Below, one piece after another: positions 45,411 to 54,826 of a DNA stretch of 64,000 bases. The stretch spans positions 47,116 through 111,115 of the forward strand of contig CAVWFD010000010.1 of NCBI GenBank assembly GCA_963754195.1, given 5' to 3'. The translations under genes were made by a program, and so were the position numbers. Positions within the stretch are counted from its first letter, which is position 1, and each line of letters opens with the position of its first letter. The DNA comes from an uncultured Chloroflexia bacterium (GTDB lineage: Bacteria > Chloroflexota > Dehalococcoidia > Dehalococcoidales > Fen-1064). Below the pieces are notes generated by a model. The model made no database searches, had not been told where the DNA came from, and saw only the letters and a program-made list of their open reading frames with translations.

Positions 45411-47131
45411 AACAGGACATACGACTCGATAAAATAGAAAAATCCCTGACTCCCAAGCAAGCAGTGATTTTGTGGCTGCAGGAAATCCGGCAATATCGCA
45501 ATGGGTGGGAATACGTTAACTTCCTTGCAACTCAACCCGAAAGTGCTGCGCCCATCTACAAAATTACAAAACAGATTAGTCAAACTATCCGGGGATCAAT
45601 GAAAGGTCAACCGCAGGATATCGTGGAAAATGCAGTTCGGCGGGCAGTAAGAGATGTCTATTTCCTGATCAATCTTCACCACCAGGTTAACGGTTATGCG
45701 GCTACGGAAGGAAGAGTGTGGAACCTGATGTTCGTCGCATTGGAAGGTAATCTTCGAGCTATTATGCGGGAAAATCATTATCAACATCGCCTCAGCAATC
45801 TATCCAGTATATATAGCCATGAGATGCCCTATCCCCTGGACACAGAAACAGCTGACACCATCAATGCGGCTATCCGAAACCATGTGACGACTTGGGATCA
45901 GATGGAAGAGGACAATACTCTTGTCGAGTGGTTTTGTCAGTATCTTCTTGATCGCGGGGAGAAAGAGATACCCGACGGTGCTTTCACATTTGAGGATGGT
46001 AAATTCAAATCCAACGTTACTGCCGAAAACGAGAAGGATGTGAGAGCGATCTTCAAAGATGATGGCGAGTTCGAACGTTTCAAAGCCGGCGAGGACTATA
46101 CCAACTTGTGGGCGACCGTAAAAGACGCCGATTATAACAAACACTATGACCAAATGGTGTCGGCGCTGCACAAACTGGTGGACGCCGGGACAGTTCAAAA
46201 AGGCACTTCAATATATTTAGAGACCGTGCCTATTCCGTTCCTGCAGTTTGCAACTCTGGTTGAAGGAGAGTGGCTGGATCGCTATGTAGTGGTGTTGGTC
46301 GAGGCCGGGGCCATGCTCGCACACAAAGGTTATCAAGCACAGGAAACAAATGATAATCATCCTCTGGCATGGCCGAGTTTTATTGATGAAAGCGGTAAAG
46401 AAATTGACAGAAAAGAAATAACTGGTTTTTGCCTGCGGGCCAAGAGGCATTTAAAAAAGTTCCCCGGGAGAGCTAAGGAAATTGATGGGCGACCGTATAT
46501 TAATTTTGCAGATTACTGCGCCTGGCGCGGACGTAAGGGCAATGCTGATATAGAATCCTGTGTTTCAGATGGATTTATCACTAATTCGTGGAATGAATGG
46601 GTACATGCCAAGAAGGGAAAGCGAGACCTGGCAGGCTTACCCGTTGCGCGATTGGAGTGTTATGTGCAAGAGCACGATTACCTCGTATGTGCAGAGGGCA
46701 TCGAGGCACAACTTAAGCGGCGGGAATTGCTTTTGAATATAGCCGGTAAAAAGGAAACACCAAAGGTAGAAGAAGGGATAGCTTTCTGGAAAGACATGGC
46801 CGGAACATTGACGTTGAATTTGCATGGTTTCCAGCAGGCCGTAACCACAATCAAGCAACGCTATTTTGATGGCGAAGAGATAATGTTTTTAGATTCTGTG
46901 AAGAGTCTCACTGATTTAACGAAGTATGCCGAAGAACTGATAGCTGAATTTAATGGTCGCATTGCTAAGGAGGCTGAAGACAAGATGAATATTGAGCTAA
47001 TAAAGCAGGCTGCTGATAAAGTTGATGCTGAACGGGTTTCGTATCTTGTGGATTTGTCAAAAGCCGAGGCGTTGGACGCCATGGGTGACAACCGTGCGGC
47101 AGTTGACCTAGTAGAGCGACATTTATTGTGA
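45407..47131 (+). CDS. hypothetical protein, 574 aa, no recognisable domain
   Basis: Long uninterrupted ORF, translationally coupled to the upstream gene. No Walker or nuclease motifs seen. Confidence 0.65.
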   Translation: MKQDIRLDKIEKSLTPKQAVILWLQEIRQYRNGWEYVNFLATQPESAAPIYKITKQISQTIRGSMKGQPQDIVENAVRRAVRDVYFLINLHHQVNGYAATEGRVWNLMFVALEGNLRAIMRENHYQHRLSNLSSIYSHEMPYPLDTETADTINAAIRNHVTTWDQMEEDNTLVEWFCQYLLDRGEKEIPDGAFTFEDGKFKSNVTAENEKDVRAIFKDDGEFERFKAGEDYTNLWATVKDADYNKHYDQMVSALHKLVDAGTVQKGTSIYLETVPIPFLQFATLVEGEWLDRYVVVLVEAGAMLAHKGYQAQETNDNHPLAWPSFIDESGKEIDRKEITGFCLRAKRHLKKFPGRAKEIDGRPYINFADYCAWRGRKGNADIESCVSDGFITNSWNEWVHAKKGKRDLAGLPVARLECYVQEHDYLVCAEGIEAQLKRRELLLNIAGKKETPKVEEGIAFWKDMAGTLTLNLHGFQQAVTTIKQRYFDGEEIMFLDSVKSLTDLTKYAEELIAEFNGRIAKEAEDKMNIELIKQAADKVDAERVSYLVDLSKAEALDAMGDNRAAVDLVERHLL

Positions 47132-47316
47132 AGTTGGGTTTGGGTGGATTTGTGGATTGAATTTACAGATAAGAATATTCATAATATAACCAATATCGCA
47201 TTGGATTAAACAGATTATTAACATTTGGGGGTTAGTAATAAGGGGTTCTAGTCCACTCCCGAAACTGGTTGAGTCTCCTACATGTATACGGAAATTGGAT
47301 GTTGTAGGTATTGAAG

Positions 47317-47784
47317 ATGAATTCATCTCGTCGCTGGTTGATAATATTTGCTGTTGTCATTGGTGCACTGGTCATCGCCGCGGTATCTCTAGTTTTATCG
47401 ACTAGAGGAAATAAGGTTGTTCTACTACCAGAGGATACACCTCAGGGCATCGTCCAACGCTATTTAGTGGCCGTACAGGATAAAGACTACCAGCAAGCAT
47501 ACAACTATTTATCATTTGCCACATCAGGGAAAATAACGACCTATGATGACTGGCTTAGCTCAGTGGCCTTACCTCAAACATCTAGCCAAACAGTGTGGGA
47601 AGCCACACTCGGTAAAACAATGCAAAATGGTGATTATGCTACCACGGAAATTACTATTGATATCTTTCGCCCAGGCGGAATTTTTGGCCGCTCACAATCC
47701 TCTCAGCAGATAACTTTCCAATTAACAAAAACAAGTAATTCATGGCTTATCACCTCCCCTACCTACATATATTGGATTTATTAG
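47317..47784 (+). CDS. hypothetical membrane-anchored protein
   Basis: N-terminal TM/signal anchor WLIIFAVVIGALVIAAVSLVL. A TTG at 47311 is also possible. Confidence 0.6.
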   Translation: MNSSRRWLIIFAVVIGALVIAAVSLVLSTRGNKVVLLPEDTPQGIVQRYLVAVQDKDYQQAYNYLSFATSGKITTYDDWLSSVALPQTSSQTVWEATLGKTMQNGDYATTEITIDIFRPGGIFGRSQSSQQITFQLTKTSNSWLITSPTYIYWIY

Positions 47785-47799
47785 AGAGGTCAAAGTAAT

Positions 47800-49497
47800 A
47801 TGAATACCACAAGACGAGTTTGGTCTTATGCACTAACACTTATTACATTGGGCATATTTGCAGCCGGTGTCGGGCAATTATTATCACTCCTTTTCGATAT
47901 AACTATCAAGGGTTCTTATTTGACACAGGTGGGAAGGGTTGCTTTTAATCGACAACAATTGAGCCTCGGACTGGCGATGATAGTGATTGGTGGCGTATTG
48001 TGGTTTTTATTCTGGCGATCAGTCCAAAGTCATGTCAATGATAACCAAGAAGAAATCGGTGCAACAATACGGAAGTCATTTCTCAATTTAATTCTGTTAA
48101 TAACGGCTCTAATGGGGGTTACTACCGCCGCTAATTTCTTGAAGTGGTTACTGGCAGGGGTGCCATTAGCAGAGTTTTCACCAAGCGGCTTAGCCATTAT
48201 GATTGTGGCAGTTACTGTCTGGTTCTATCACTGGCGAGTGTCGGAGAGTGAGGGACATCCGTCCCCGGCTGCAAAGACATTAAGACGATGGTATGTATAT
48301 GTGTTGGCTGGATTCGGGTTAGTGTGGCTGGCTGCGGGTTTGGTGCAATTAGTTAATGTTGCAGTCATTAACCTGCCATTTTGGGGTAACACGCTCGCTC
48401 GAGGTCAATTCTGGAATAATGTGGCTCAGATTAATGTTGCCTATATATTGCTCGGCAGCGCAATATGGTATTTCCACTGGTTTCACATGGCTCGGAACGA
48501 TTTTAATTCTACACTACGGCAGGTATACTTTTATTTGTTGACGATAGCGGGTGGTGCCATTGCCGCGCTGGTGGCGTCAACGATCTTACTTTTCCGGTTT
48601 TTTGTCTGGGTATTAAGCGGCACTTCTATCTCCTCTGGTTCATACTTCCAATTTCTCGGGTGGGCAGTGCCGACTATTCTAGTCGGGTTAGCTATATGGG
48701 GTTATCACCGTCGATTGGCTCAGGAAGAGGCTGGTCGAGTACAGGGAAATAGCCGATCAGCGCAACGAGTCTATTCCTATCTGATGTCATTCTTAGGGCT
48801 TGGAACATTAGTCGCTGGTTTGATTACGCTCTTTGGCATATTTCTTAACCTGATTATCAATGCGGCGAGTACTTCACTGACAGTAACATCCGGTTGGTGG
48901 CTAAATCAACTCGCATTATGTTTGGCATTGCTGCTAGTAGGTGTGCCTTTGTGGCTATATTACTGGAACGGTATTCTCAAAGGAGTACAAGCGGGAGGAA
49001 TTTCGGAATGGCGGGCACTGTCACGCCGTATTTTACTGTACGTGGTTATCGGCGTATCCATCGTTACTCTAGCAGCTGATTTGGTGAACATTGTCTACCA
49101 ATTACTGAACGGAATATTGAAGGGAGATTTTGGGATTAATATCCTGCGCAATTCAAAGTGGAGTCTGCAAACTCTGATTATTGCAGCGCCACTGCTATGG
49201 TACCATTGGGAAATTCTGAGAACCGATCAGCATCGTGCGACGGAGTCACTAATAACACGCCAGAGTGTGACTCTTCTTGTTGATGACCAGATCGAGGGGC
49301 TCGCTTCCAGGCTCGAAAGCAGGTTGGGTTTCAAGATTCGCTTGTTGCATCGGGTAGGACAAACGGGTGACAGATTTCCTGCAATACCCTATGAAGAAAT
49401 TGATAGATTGGTAAGTGAAATACAGTCTTCTCCCAGCGACAAAGTCATGTTGGTGGTTCTTGGAGGTAGGGCAACCGTGCTGCCATACAAAGACTGA
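47800..49497 (+). CDS. polytopic membrane protein with six internal repeats (W-x-[FY]-[HYF]-[WR] motif) and a soluble C-terminal domain
   Basis: About 12 TM helices. Motifs LWFLFWR, VWFYHWR, IWYFHWF, IWGYHRR, LWLYYWN and LLWYHWE. Confidence 0.7.
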   Translation: MNTTRRVWSYALTLITLGIFAAGVGQLLSLLFDITIKGSYLTQVGRVAFNRQQLSLGLAMIVIGGVLWFLFWRSVQSHVNDNQEEIGATIRKSFLNLILLITALMGVTTAANFLKWLLAGVPLAEFSPSGLAIMIVAVTVWFYHWRVSESEGHPSPAAKTLRRWYVYVLAGFGLVWLAAGLVQLVNVAVINLPFWGNTLARGQFWNNVAQINVAYILLGSAIWYFHWFHMARNDFNSTLRQVYFYLLTIAGGAIAALVASTILLFRFFVWVLSGTSISSGSYFQFLGWAVPTILVGLAIWGYHRRLAQEEAGRVQGNSRSAQRVYSYLMSFLGLGTLVAGLITLFGIFLNLIINAASTSLTVTSGWWLNQLALCLALLLVGVPLWLYYWNGILKGVQAGGISEWRALSRRILLYVVIGVSIVTLAADLVNIVYQLLNGILKGDFGINILRNSKWSLQTLIIAAPLLWYHWEILRTDQHRATESLITRQSVTLLVDDQIEGLASRLESRLGFKIRLLHRVGQTGDRFPAIPYEEIDRLVSEIQSSPSDKVMLVVLGGRATVLPYKD

Positions 49498-49881
49498 AAA
49501 TGCCCAGCCGATTTTTGAATCCGAGAACCATTGCTAAGTTAGAATTAGAATAAATATGGAGTTCGTGTCCCAGTGGTAGCGAATCCTCTGCTCGTGACCA
49601 TTGGGATGTTTGCATTTCCGTGCATACATTCAAGGACGCTAGACTATGGTGAATACAAGAGTTCCAATCCCCTTAGCTCCATTCTTTCGCGATTTATTCA
49701 GAATGCCTTGTAAACCATTTCAGAATATCTCAGGAAACATCTGTTTCCCAACTAAAAAATCCCTTCTTTATTGCTTAACAATTTCGTTTGAGTTGCCTTT
49801 CCAACGCAAACAACAACAGCCTATTTTTAGATAAATTAAATATAAAAAATGGCTGGATTCATCGACTTGCGCTGGCTTGTT

Positions 49882-50343
49882 TTAATATTCTCCTTTAATT
49901 ACAAAAAACGAACCTCGAATTGTTCCAGCGAGTTTAGACTTCTGCCTAGCAAATTTAAACTTGCCTAACTCCTTTGGTACCTCCATCCCCTCAGAAAGCT
50001 TAAAACCAACGGCCCGCTTCTTAGGGTCATCAACCGTATACATGACGTTGACCTCAAGTCCATCCTGATAAAAGACATGGGCAAATTTGATATTTTCCAC
50101 TTGAAAACGCGACGTTTCTAAAGGTTTGGCGGCAAACTCAATACCACGTTCTTCTTTCAAAATTTGGTTCACATAATCAAGGGTCCCCTGGCTTTCGTTA
50201 GCTGGTACAACCGTAAACTCATGTTTGTATTTATTCATGAAGTAGCGGGCTTCATTAGCACGTAAACCAGCAAGCGCTTCTTTTACAGGTGAAGACTCTA
50301 AGCCAACCGTTGATACATTATTAAAATCAACAATGTAGGACAT
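49882..50343 (-). CDS. hypothetical protein
   Basis: 153 aa. RBS AGGAGGG lies upstream of the ATG. No recognisable domain. Confidence 0.6.
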   Translation of the reverse strand: MSYIVDFNNVSTVGLESSPVKEALAGLRANEARYFMNKYKHEFTVVPANESQGTLDYVNQILKEERGIEFAAKPLETSRFQVENIKFAHVFYQDGLEVNVMYTVDDPKKRAVGFKLSEGMEVPKELGKFKFARQKSKLAGTIRGSFFVIKGEY

Positions 50344-50404
50344 TTCAATCCCTCCTTTTATCTTGTTCCCTTTATAATTATATAGTGTGAGGTGGACCCC
50401 ATTG

Positions 50405-51331
50405 TTAGGACAGCAATGGGGCTAAATTAAGATAGTGTCCTGCTGTATCAATGGTACCTTGTGTTAACGATTCTATCACACCTTTCTCAGGCTCTTCAAA
50501 GGGGGTGGGGGCAAATAACTCGCCCGGTGTCCGATACCAGAGTGCCTGGTGGGGACGTGCATTGTTGTAGAAACGGAAATAGTCCCCAATCCCGATTCGG
50601 GCATCTTTCCCATTCTGATATGCTTTTAAGTACACCTCCTCATATTTCACTGTTCTCCATAACCTCTCGATAAACAGGTTGTCTCTGTAACTTCCTTTCC
50701 CATCCATGCTAATCTTGATTCCATGTTGCTCTAAAAGCCCGGTGAAAGCCTTGCCTGTGAATTGTGATCCCTGGTCAGTATTAAAAACATCCGGGGTGCC
50801 TTTCTTGAGCGCCTCTTCGAGTGCCCACACACAGAAGTCAGCGTCCAAGGTGTTTGATAACCTCCACGCCAATACATACCGGCTGTACCAGTCCATGATG
50901 ACTACCAGATACATGAAACCGTGTGCCATAGGTATGTAAGTGATGTCAGCACACCACACTTGATTTGGCCGTGTTATTTCCATACCAGTTAAAAGATACG
51001 GGTAGATTTTATTACCCGGTCCCGGCGGGCTAGTCCGAGGACGGCGGTAGATGGCCTTCAAACCCATTAATTGCATCAGCCGCCGTACGTGTTTCCGGTT
51101 AACATTGTGGTGTTTACTCTTTAGCCAAGCTGCCATCTTGCGGGTTCCATAGAACGGTGTGACCATGTATTGGCAGTCAATCAGCTTCATTAGATTAAGG
51201 TCATTGTCAGAGACTCCTATCGGCTGATAATACAACCCAGAGCGACTGATATCCAACAATTTACACTGACTGGTCACGGAGAGTGATGGACGGCGGCGAT
51301 CAACAGCAGCACGCCTTTGGCTTACTTCCAC
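50405..51331 (-). CDS. IS3-family transposase OrfB (DDE integrase core), expressed as an OrfAB fusion by -1 frameshift
   Basis: DITYIPM, NTDQGSQF and ERLWRTVKYEE form the DDE triad. No independent ATG; the frame is open from the slippery site. Confidence 0.85.
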   Translation of the reverse strand: MEVSQRRAAVDRRRPSLSVTSQCKLLDISRSGLYYQPIGVSDNDLNLMKLIDCQYMVTPFYGTRKMAAWLKSKHHNVNRKHVRRLMQLMGLKAIYRRPRTSPPGPGNKIYPYLLTGMEITRPNQVWCADITYIPMAHGFMYLVVIMDWYSRYVLAWRLSNTLDADFCVWALEEALKKGTPDVFNTDQGSQFTGKAFTGLLEQHGIKISMDGKGSYRDNLFIERLWRTVKYEEVYLKAYQNGKDARIGIGDYFRFYNNARPHQALWYRTPGELFAPTPFEEPEKGVIESLTQGTIDTAGHYLNLAPLLS

Positions 51332-51612
51332 CGCTCCAACCCTTTCTCTAAAAAATCCTTCTCTACTTTCAGCTGTCCAATCTGCTGGTAAAGCTGATTT
51401 ATCAGTCCTTTCTCATCCTTGATCTTCTTGTTGGGATCAGCGCCAAAGATATTGGCAGCTCCTGCTACCAGTTCTCTCTTCCATTTATTGATTTGGGTCG
51501 GGTGGACCTCAAAACGGATGGCTAATTCCGCGATGGTCTCTTCGCCCTTTAGTGCTTCCATGGCAACCCGGGCTTTAAAGTCCGGATTATACTGTTTGCG
51601 GCTCTTTTTCAA
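51322..51612 (-). CDS. IS3-family transposase OrfA (HTH)
   Basis: YNPDFKARVAMEALKGEETIAELAIRFEVHPTQINKWKRE, 96 aa. Confidence 0.85.
   Translation of the reverse strand: MKKSRKQYNPDFKARVAMEALKGEETIAELAIRFEVHPTQINKWKRELVAGAANIFGADPNKKIKDEKGLINQLYQQIGQLKVEKDFLEKGLERWK
51349..51355 (-). other. programmed -1 ribosomal frameshift heptamer T TTT TTA
   Basis: In orfA frame GAT TTT TTA GAG. The -1 frame continues as RERVGAVEVSQRR..., which is the OrfB reading frame. Confidence 0.6.
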
Positions 51613-52158
51613 TTTCCTGCTCCTTCGTATTCTCTTATTTTAGGAGCAGAACTCTATCTTAACAACCTGTCCAGTTTTTGGGGACCACCTCAGTGGGTTC
51701 GATGATTCCGTCTAAAAATGAGGTTGAAAGTTAAATAGAAGCCATTACAAGTTCTATCTATTGATATCCAGCTCCAGTTTGGAGGATCCGAACAGAACGA
51801 GCAAACATCGGAATCATTGTCCAATAGTAATTACAAATATTCAATACCCTTTGCCTTTTCTCTGAAATATCAGGATACGAACCTTTGCACAATGGCACTT
51901 TAATAAATAATATCAGCAAACACGATGAACGGATTGTTTCGGTGCCTTATTTTTAATTTTTTCCAGTAGAGTGAATTACATTTAGCACAAGCTTTCGGCC
52001 TATTTAATTATTTCGGCATCCACTCATATCCACAACGAAAGTATTCTAGTGTTGGTAAGTGTTACGTTAGGACTTCAAAAAACTTACCTTAAACCCTTTT
52101 CTTTGATATAATTAACAATAAAATAAGAAAGTCTCGGTTATCGTTGATAGGAGACAAT

Positions 52159-52608
52159 GTGAAAAACCAAACCTCTTCAGTCTCAAACTTTGATTTATGG
52201 TCGGCCATTGACAACTTAGATCGCCAGATTTCGTTGATTAGGCAGCGAGAGTTGAATAAATATAAAATTGCTACTCAGCAGCTTTTAATTTTACGCGCGA
52301 TAAAATCCCTCGGTTCAGAGGTAACATTATCTAAAATATCTAAATTAGCTAATAGAGAATTCAGTATAATTACCAAGCAAACCGCGGTGTTAGAAAAAGA
52401 TGGGTTAATAAAAAGAACCAGAGACAACCCTAAATCTAGACTATTAAAGATAGAATTGACTGACAAGGGCCTTAAAATGACCGAAATCCCCAGAGAGAGT
52501 AAAGCGGTCGATTCGATATTTGCAGTTATGAATAAAGAGCAGCGCCAGCAATTATATGAAATTATGAATAAAATGTTTGTAAAAGCACAAAAAGTAAAAC
52601 CCAGTTAA
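52159..52608 (+). CDS. MarR family transcriptional regulator
   Basis: wHTH pattern LLILRAIKSLGSEVTLSKISKLANREFSIITKQTAVLEKDGLIKR. GTG lies 5 nt after GGAG; the ORF opens at TTG 52144. Confidence 0.8.
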   Translation: MKNQTSSVSNFDLWSAIDNLDRQISLIRQRELNKYKIATQQLLILRAIKSLGSEVTLSKISKLANREFSIITKQTAVLEKDGLIKRTRDNPKSRLLKIELTDKGLKMTEIPRESKAVDSIFAVMNKEQRQQLYEIMNKMFVKAQKVKPS

Positions 52609-52785
52609 ATCCAAAATTGAAAACCTTATAGAAAATCAAAATCAACGCTTGCAGGATTGTTTTTAGTTGCTTTTCGAACCTATTTTAGAAATCCAAATCA
52701 AAGTTACTTATCTCAATGGATATTGGTCATTGCCAAATTGTCACGAATAAGATCTTATTTATAATGTAAATATTAGAAACATGGC

Positions 52786-53289
52786 TTAAGATTCAACGAT
52801 ACGGATTTCCTTTTCCTTCGGAATATTATAGAAAAAAGCATCATTTACGTACGTCCTTTCGGGCAGAATTATCAAGACATGCACCACGTCAGAATTCTCC
52901 GCAAATGGTGTGCCATGCCATACCCCTGGCCGCAAGGTGATAAGTGTTCCCTTAGGAACGTGAAACACCTCGATCTTATCCAATGGAATAATATCCTTAG
53001 GAGTAGCTGGGGCGACGAATACCAATACATCTCCGTTCAAAGGCAAAGTGCCTTCACCAGTATGCATATGGCATTCCACATAGTTTATAATATTTTCTCT
53101 TTTTTGAGCTCTAACAATAGAAAACGCAGCAGTGCTTGTTGACCCAAGATTCAAAAAGCCCATGTCAGGGAAAAACTGAATCGGCCCCATTTCAAGCTTT
53201 GGTCCTTTCGGGTTTAGCATTTTGGCAAAGGAACCATAAATTTGAAAAGATTCCAACGTTAATTCCTTGATACCTACGTTGTTATCCAT
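52786..53289 (-). CDS. cupin-fold protein, ureidoglycolate lyase-like
   Basis: 167 aa. FQIYGSF...ECHMHTGEGTLPLNGD...PGVWHG pattern. The family assignment is tentative. Confidence 0.45.
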   Translation of the reverse strand: MDNNVGIKELTLESFQIYGSFAKMLNPKGPKLEMGPIQFFPDMGFLNLGSTSTAAFSIVRAQKRENIINYVECHMHTGEGTLPLNGDVLVFVAPATPKDIIPLDKIEVFHVPKGTLITLRPGVWHGTPFAENSDVVHVLIILPERTYVNDAFFYNIPKEKEIRIVES

Positions 53290-53367
53290 ATTCTGAACCC
53301 TCCATCAAATAATAATATTCAACCCCCTCTATTTATCTTGGTTAATTTTTAGAGTGGATATAACTAC

Positions 53368-54087
53368 TTATCCTCCCAGATAAGCTCTTTTTACTGCCTC
53401 ACTATTCTTGAGTTCTTGTACTTCTCCTTCTAATACGACTTTACCAACCTGTAAAACATAACCCCTGCTGGCGACCCCAAAAGCCAAGGATATATTTTGT
53501 TCCACTAATAGAACCGTCACTCCCATTTGGTTAATGTTTTTGATTATCTTACCTATCTCCTCAACCATTATGGGAGACAATCCTATGGATGGTTCATCAA
53601 ACAAAATCAACTTTGGTTTAGCCATTAGACCACGCGCAACAGCTAACATTTGTTGTTCTCCTCCACTCAAGGTCCCAGCTAACTGATCTCGCCTCGTTTC
53701 TAATATGGGAAAGTGTTTGAAAATATCTTTTACGTCATGCTCTATACCCAATTTATCGTTCCGTAAACTGGCACCCAGCTTTATGTTGGTAAAAACAGTA
53801 AGGTAGGGAAACAGTTTTCTTCCTTCGGGGATATGCACGAGTCCGAGTTTTACTATTTTAGTGGTTTCCATACCATCTATTCGTTTACCCGAGAACCATA
53901 TCTCACCGGATGTTAATGGAGTTAATCCGGAAATTGCCCTTAAAATGGTACTTTTACCGGATCCATTGGCACCGATGAGGCTGACGATTGAACCCTCAGC
54001 AACTTCTAGGGAAACACCGTCTAAAGCCATCGCTTTCCCGTAATGTACCCTGATATTTTTTACACTAAGCACTGCCGTGGCCTCCAA
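53368..54087 (-). CDS. livF: branched-chain amino acid ABC transporter ATP-binding protein (LivF type)
   Basis: GANGSGKST, LSGGEQQMLAVARGL and LILFDEPS motifs. Confidence 0.85.
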   Translation of the reverse strand: MEATAVLSVKNIRVHYGKAMALDGVSLEVAEGSIVSLIGANGSGKSTILRAISGLTPLTSGEIWFSGKRIDGMETTKIVKLGLVHIPEGRKLFPYLTVFTNIKLGASLRNDKLGIEHDVKDIFKHFPILETRRDQLAGTLSGGEQQMLAVARGLMAKPKLILFDEPSIGLSPIMVEEIGKIIKNINQMGVTVLLVEQNISLAFGVASRGYVLQVGKVVLEGEVQELKNSEAVKRAYLGG

Positions 54088-54826
54088 AATAAGCTCGAAT
54101 TACTTCTTCGTTATCCCTTATTTCTTGGGATAATCCCTCAGCAATTTTCTCTCCGAAGCTAATCACCACCACCCTGTCACACAATTCCAATACGCGCATG
54201 TTGTGTTCAACCAATATGATTGTTACTCCCTGGTCGCGTGTTTTACGGATGGCCGTCATCGCAAATTCGATTTCTTCAGGGTTCATTCCTGATAAAGGTT
54301 CGTCAAGTAGAAGTAATTTTGGCTTCACCGCAAGTGCTCTGGCCATGCCAAGCATTTTTTGATAACCGTGAGGTTGGTTTTTAGCCAGTTCATCTTTTAC
54401 TTTATATAGTCCCACCAGCTGTAAGATTTCAATGGACTGTTTCAAGATACTTGCTTCATTATTGCGATACGTAGTTGTATTAAAAAAAATATCAAACAAA
54501 CTCGATTTAGGCCGACATTGAAACGACGCAACCACATTTTCCAGAACAGTAAAATCTGAAAAAAGTGGATTCATCTGGAAAGTCCTTCCGATGCCAAGCT
54601 CGGCTATTATATGTGGCCCCTTGCCGGTTATATCTTTTCCATTGTATTTTACAGTCCCTTCAGTAGGTTGCAGAACACCGGTTATTAAATTAAAAACAGT
54701 GCTTTTGCCAGCACCGTTGGGACCGATTAACCCCATTATCTCCCCTTCATTGACGAACATACTCAATTGGTCTACGGCCACCAAACCACTAAAATGTTTA
54801 CTAAGTTTATTGATTTCAAACAACAT
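54065..54826 (-). CDS. livG: branched-chain amino acid ABC transporter ATP-binding protein (LivG type)
   Basis: GPNGAGKSTVFNLITGV and LLLLDEPLSGMNPEE motifs. The start at MLFEINKL was chosen; the ORF extends to 54898 into livM. Confidence 0.85.
   Translation of the reverse strand: MLFEINKLSKHFSGLVAVDQLSMFVNEGEIMGLIGPNGAGKSTVFNLITGVLQPTEGTVKYNGKDITGKGPHIIAELGIGRTFQMNPLFSDFTVLENVVASFQCRPKSSLFDIFFNTTTYRNNEASILKQSIEILQLVGLYKVKDELAKNQPHGYQKMLGMARALAVKPKLLLLDEPLSGMNPEEIEFAMTAIRKTRDQGVTIILVEHNMRVLELCDRVVVISFGEKIAEGLSQEIRDNEEVIRAYFGGHGSA

Larger units (their letters stand above)
50388..51692 (-). mobile_element. IS3-family insertion sequence, apparently intact (1305 bp)
   Basis: Terminal inverted repeats TGAGGTGGACCCCA... 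(50388-) and ...TGGGGACCACCTCA (-51692) with TG/CA ends. A 3-bp GTG duplication flanks the element (50385-50387, 51693-51695). orfA and orfB are present. Confidence 0.85.

Noticed and set aside
41067-47273. Imperfect direct repeat CTCCCCGAACTGGTGG (41067-41082) and CTCCCGAAACTGGTTG (47256-47273) flanking the accessory module, as candidate att sites.
   Set aside because: Identity is only 13/16 ungapped. A rough estimate gives an expectation of about 0.5 chance hits for the spacer sizes compared, so it is not significant on its own.
49557-49690. tRNA-like pieces: CCAGTGGTAG (D-loop-like) and GAGTTCCAATCCCCTTAGCTCCA (T-arm/acceptor-like), a possible tRNA or att remnant.
   Set aside because: I could not fold a complete cloverleaf on either strand. 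The acceptor pairing is only 5/7, the T-loop is non-canonical, and there is no anticodon arm. At best it is a degraded fragment, worth a tRNAscan/Infernal check only.
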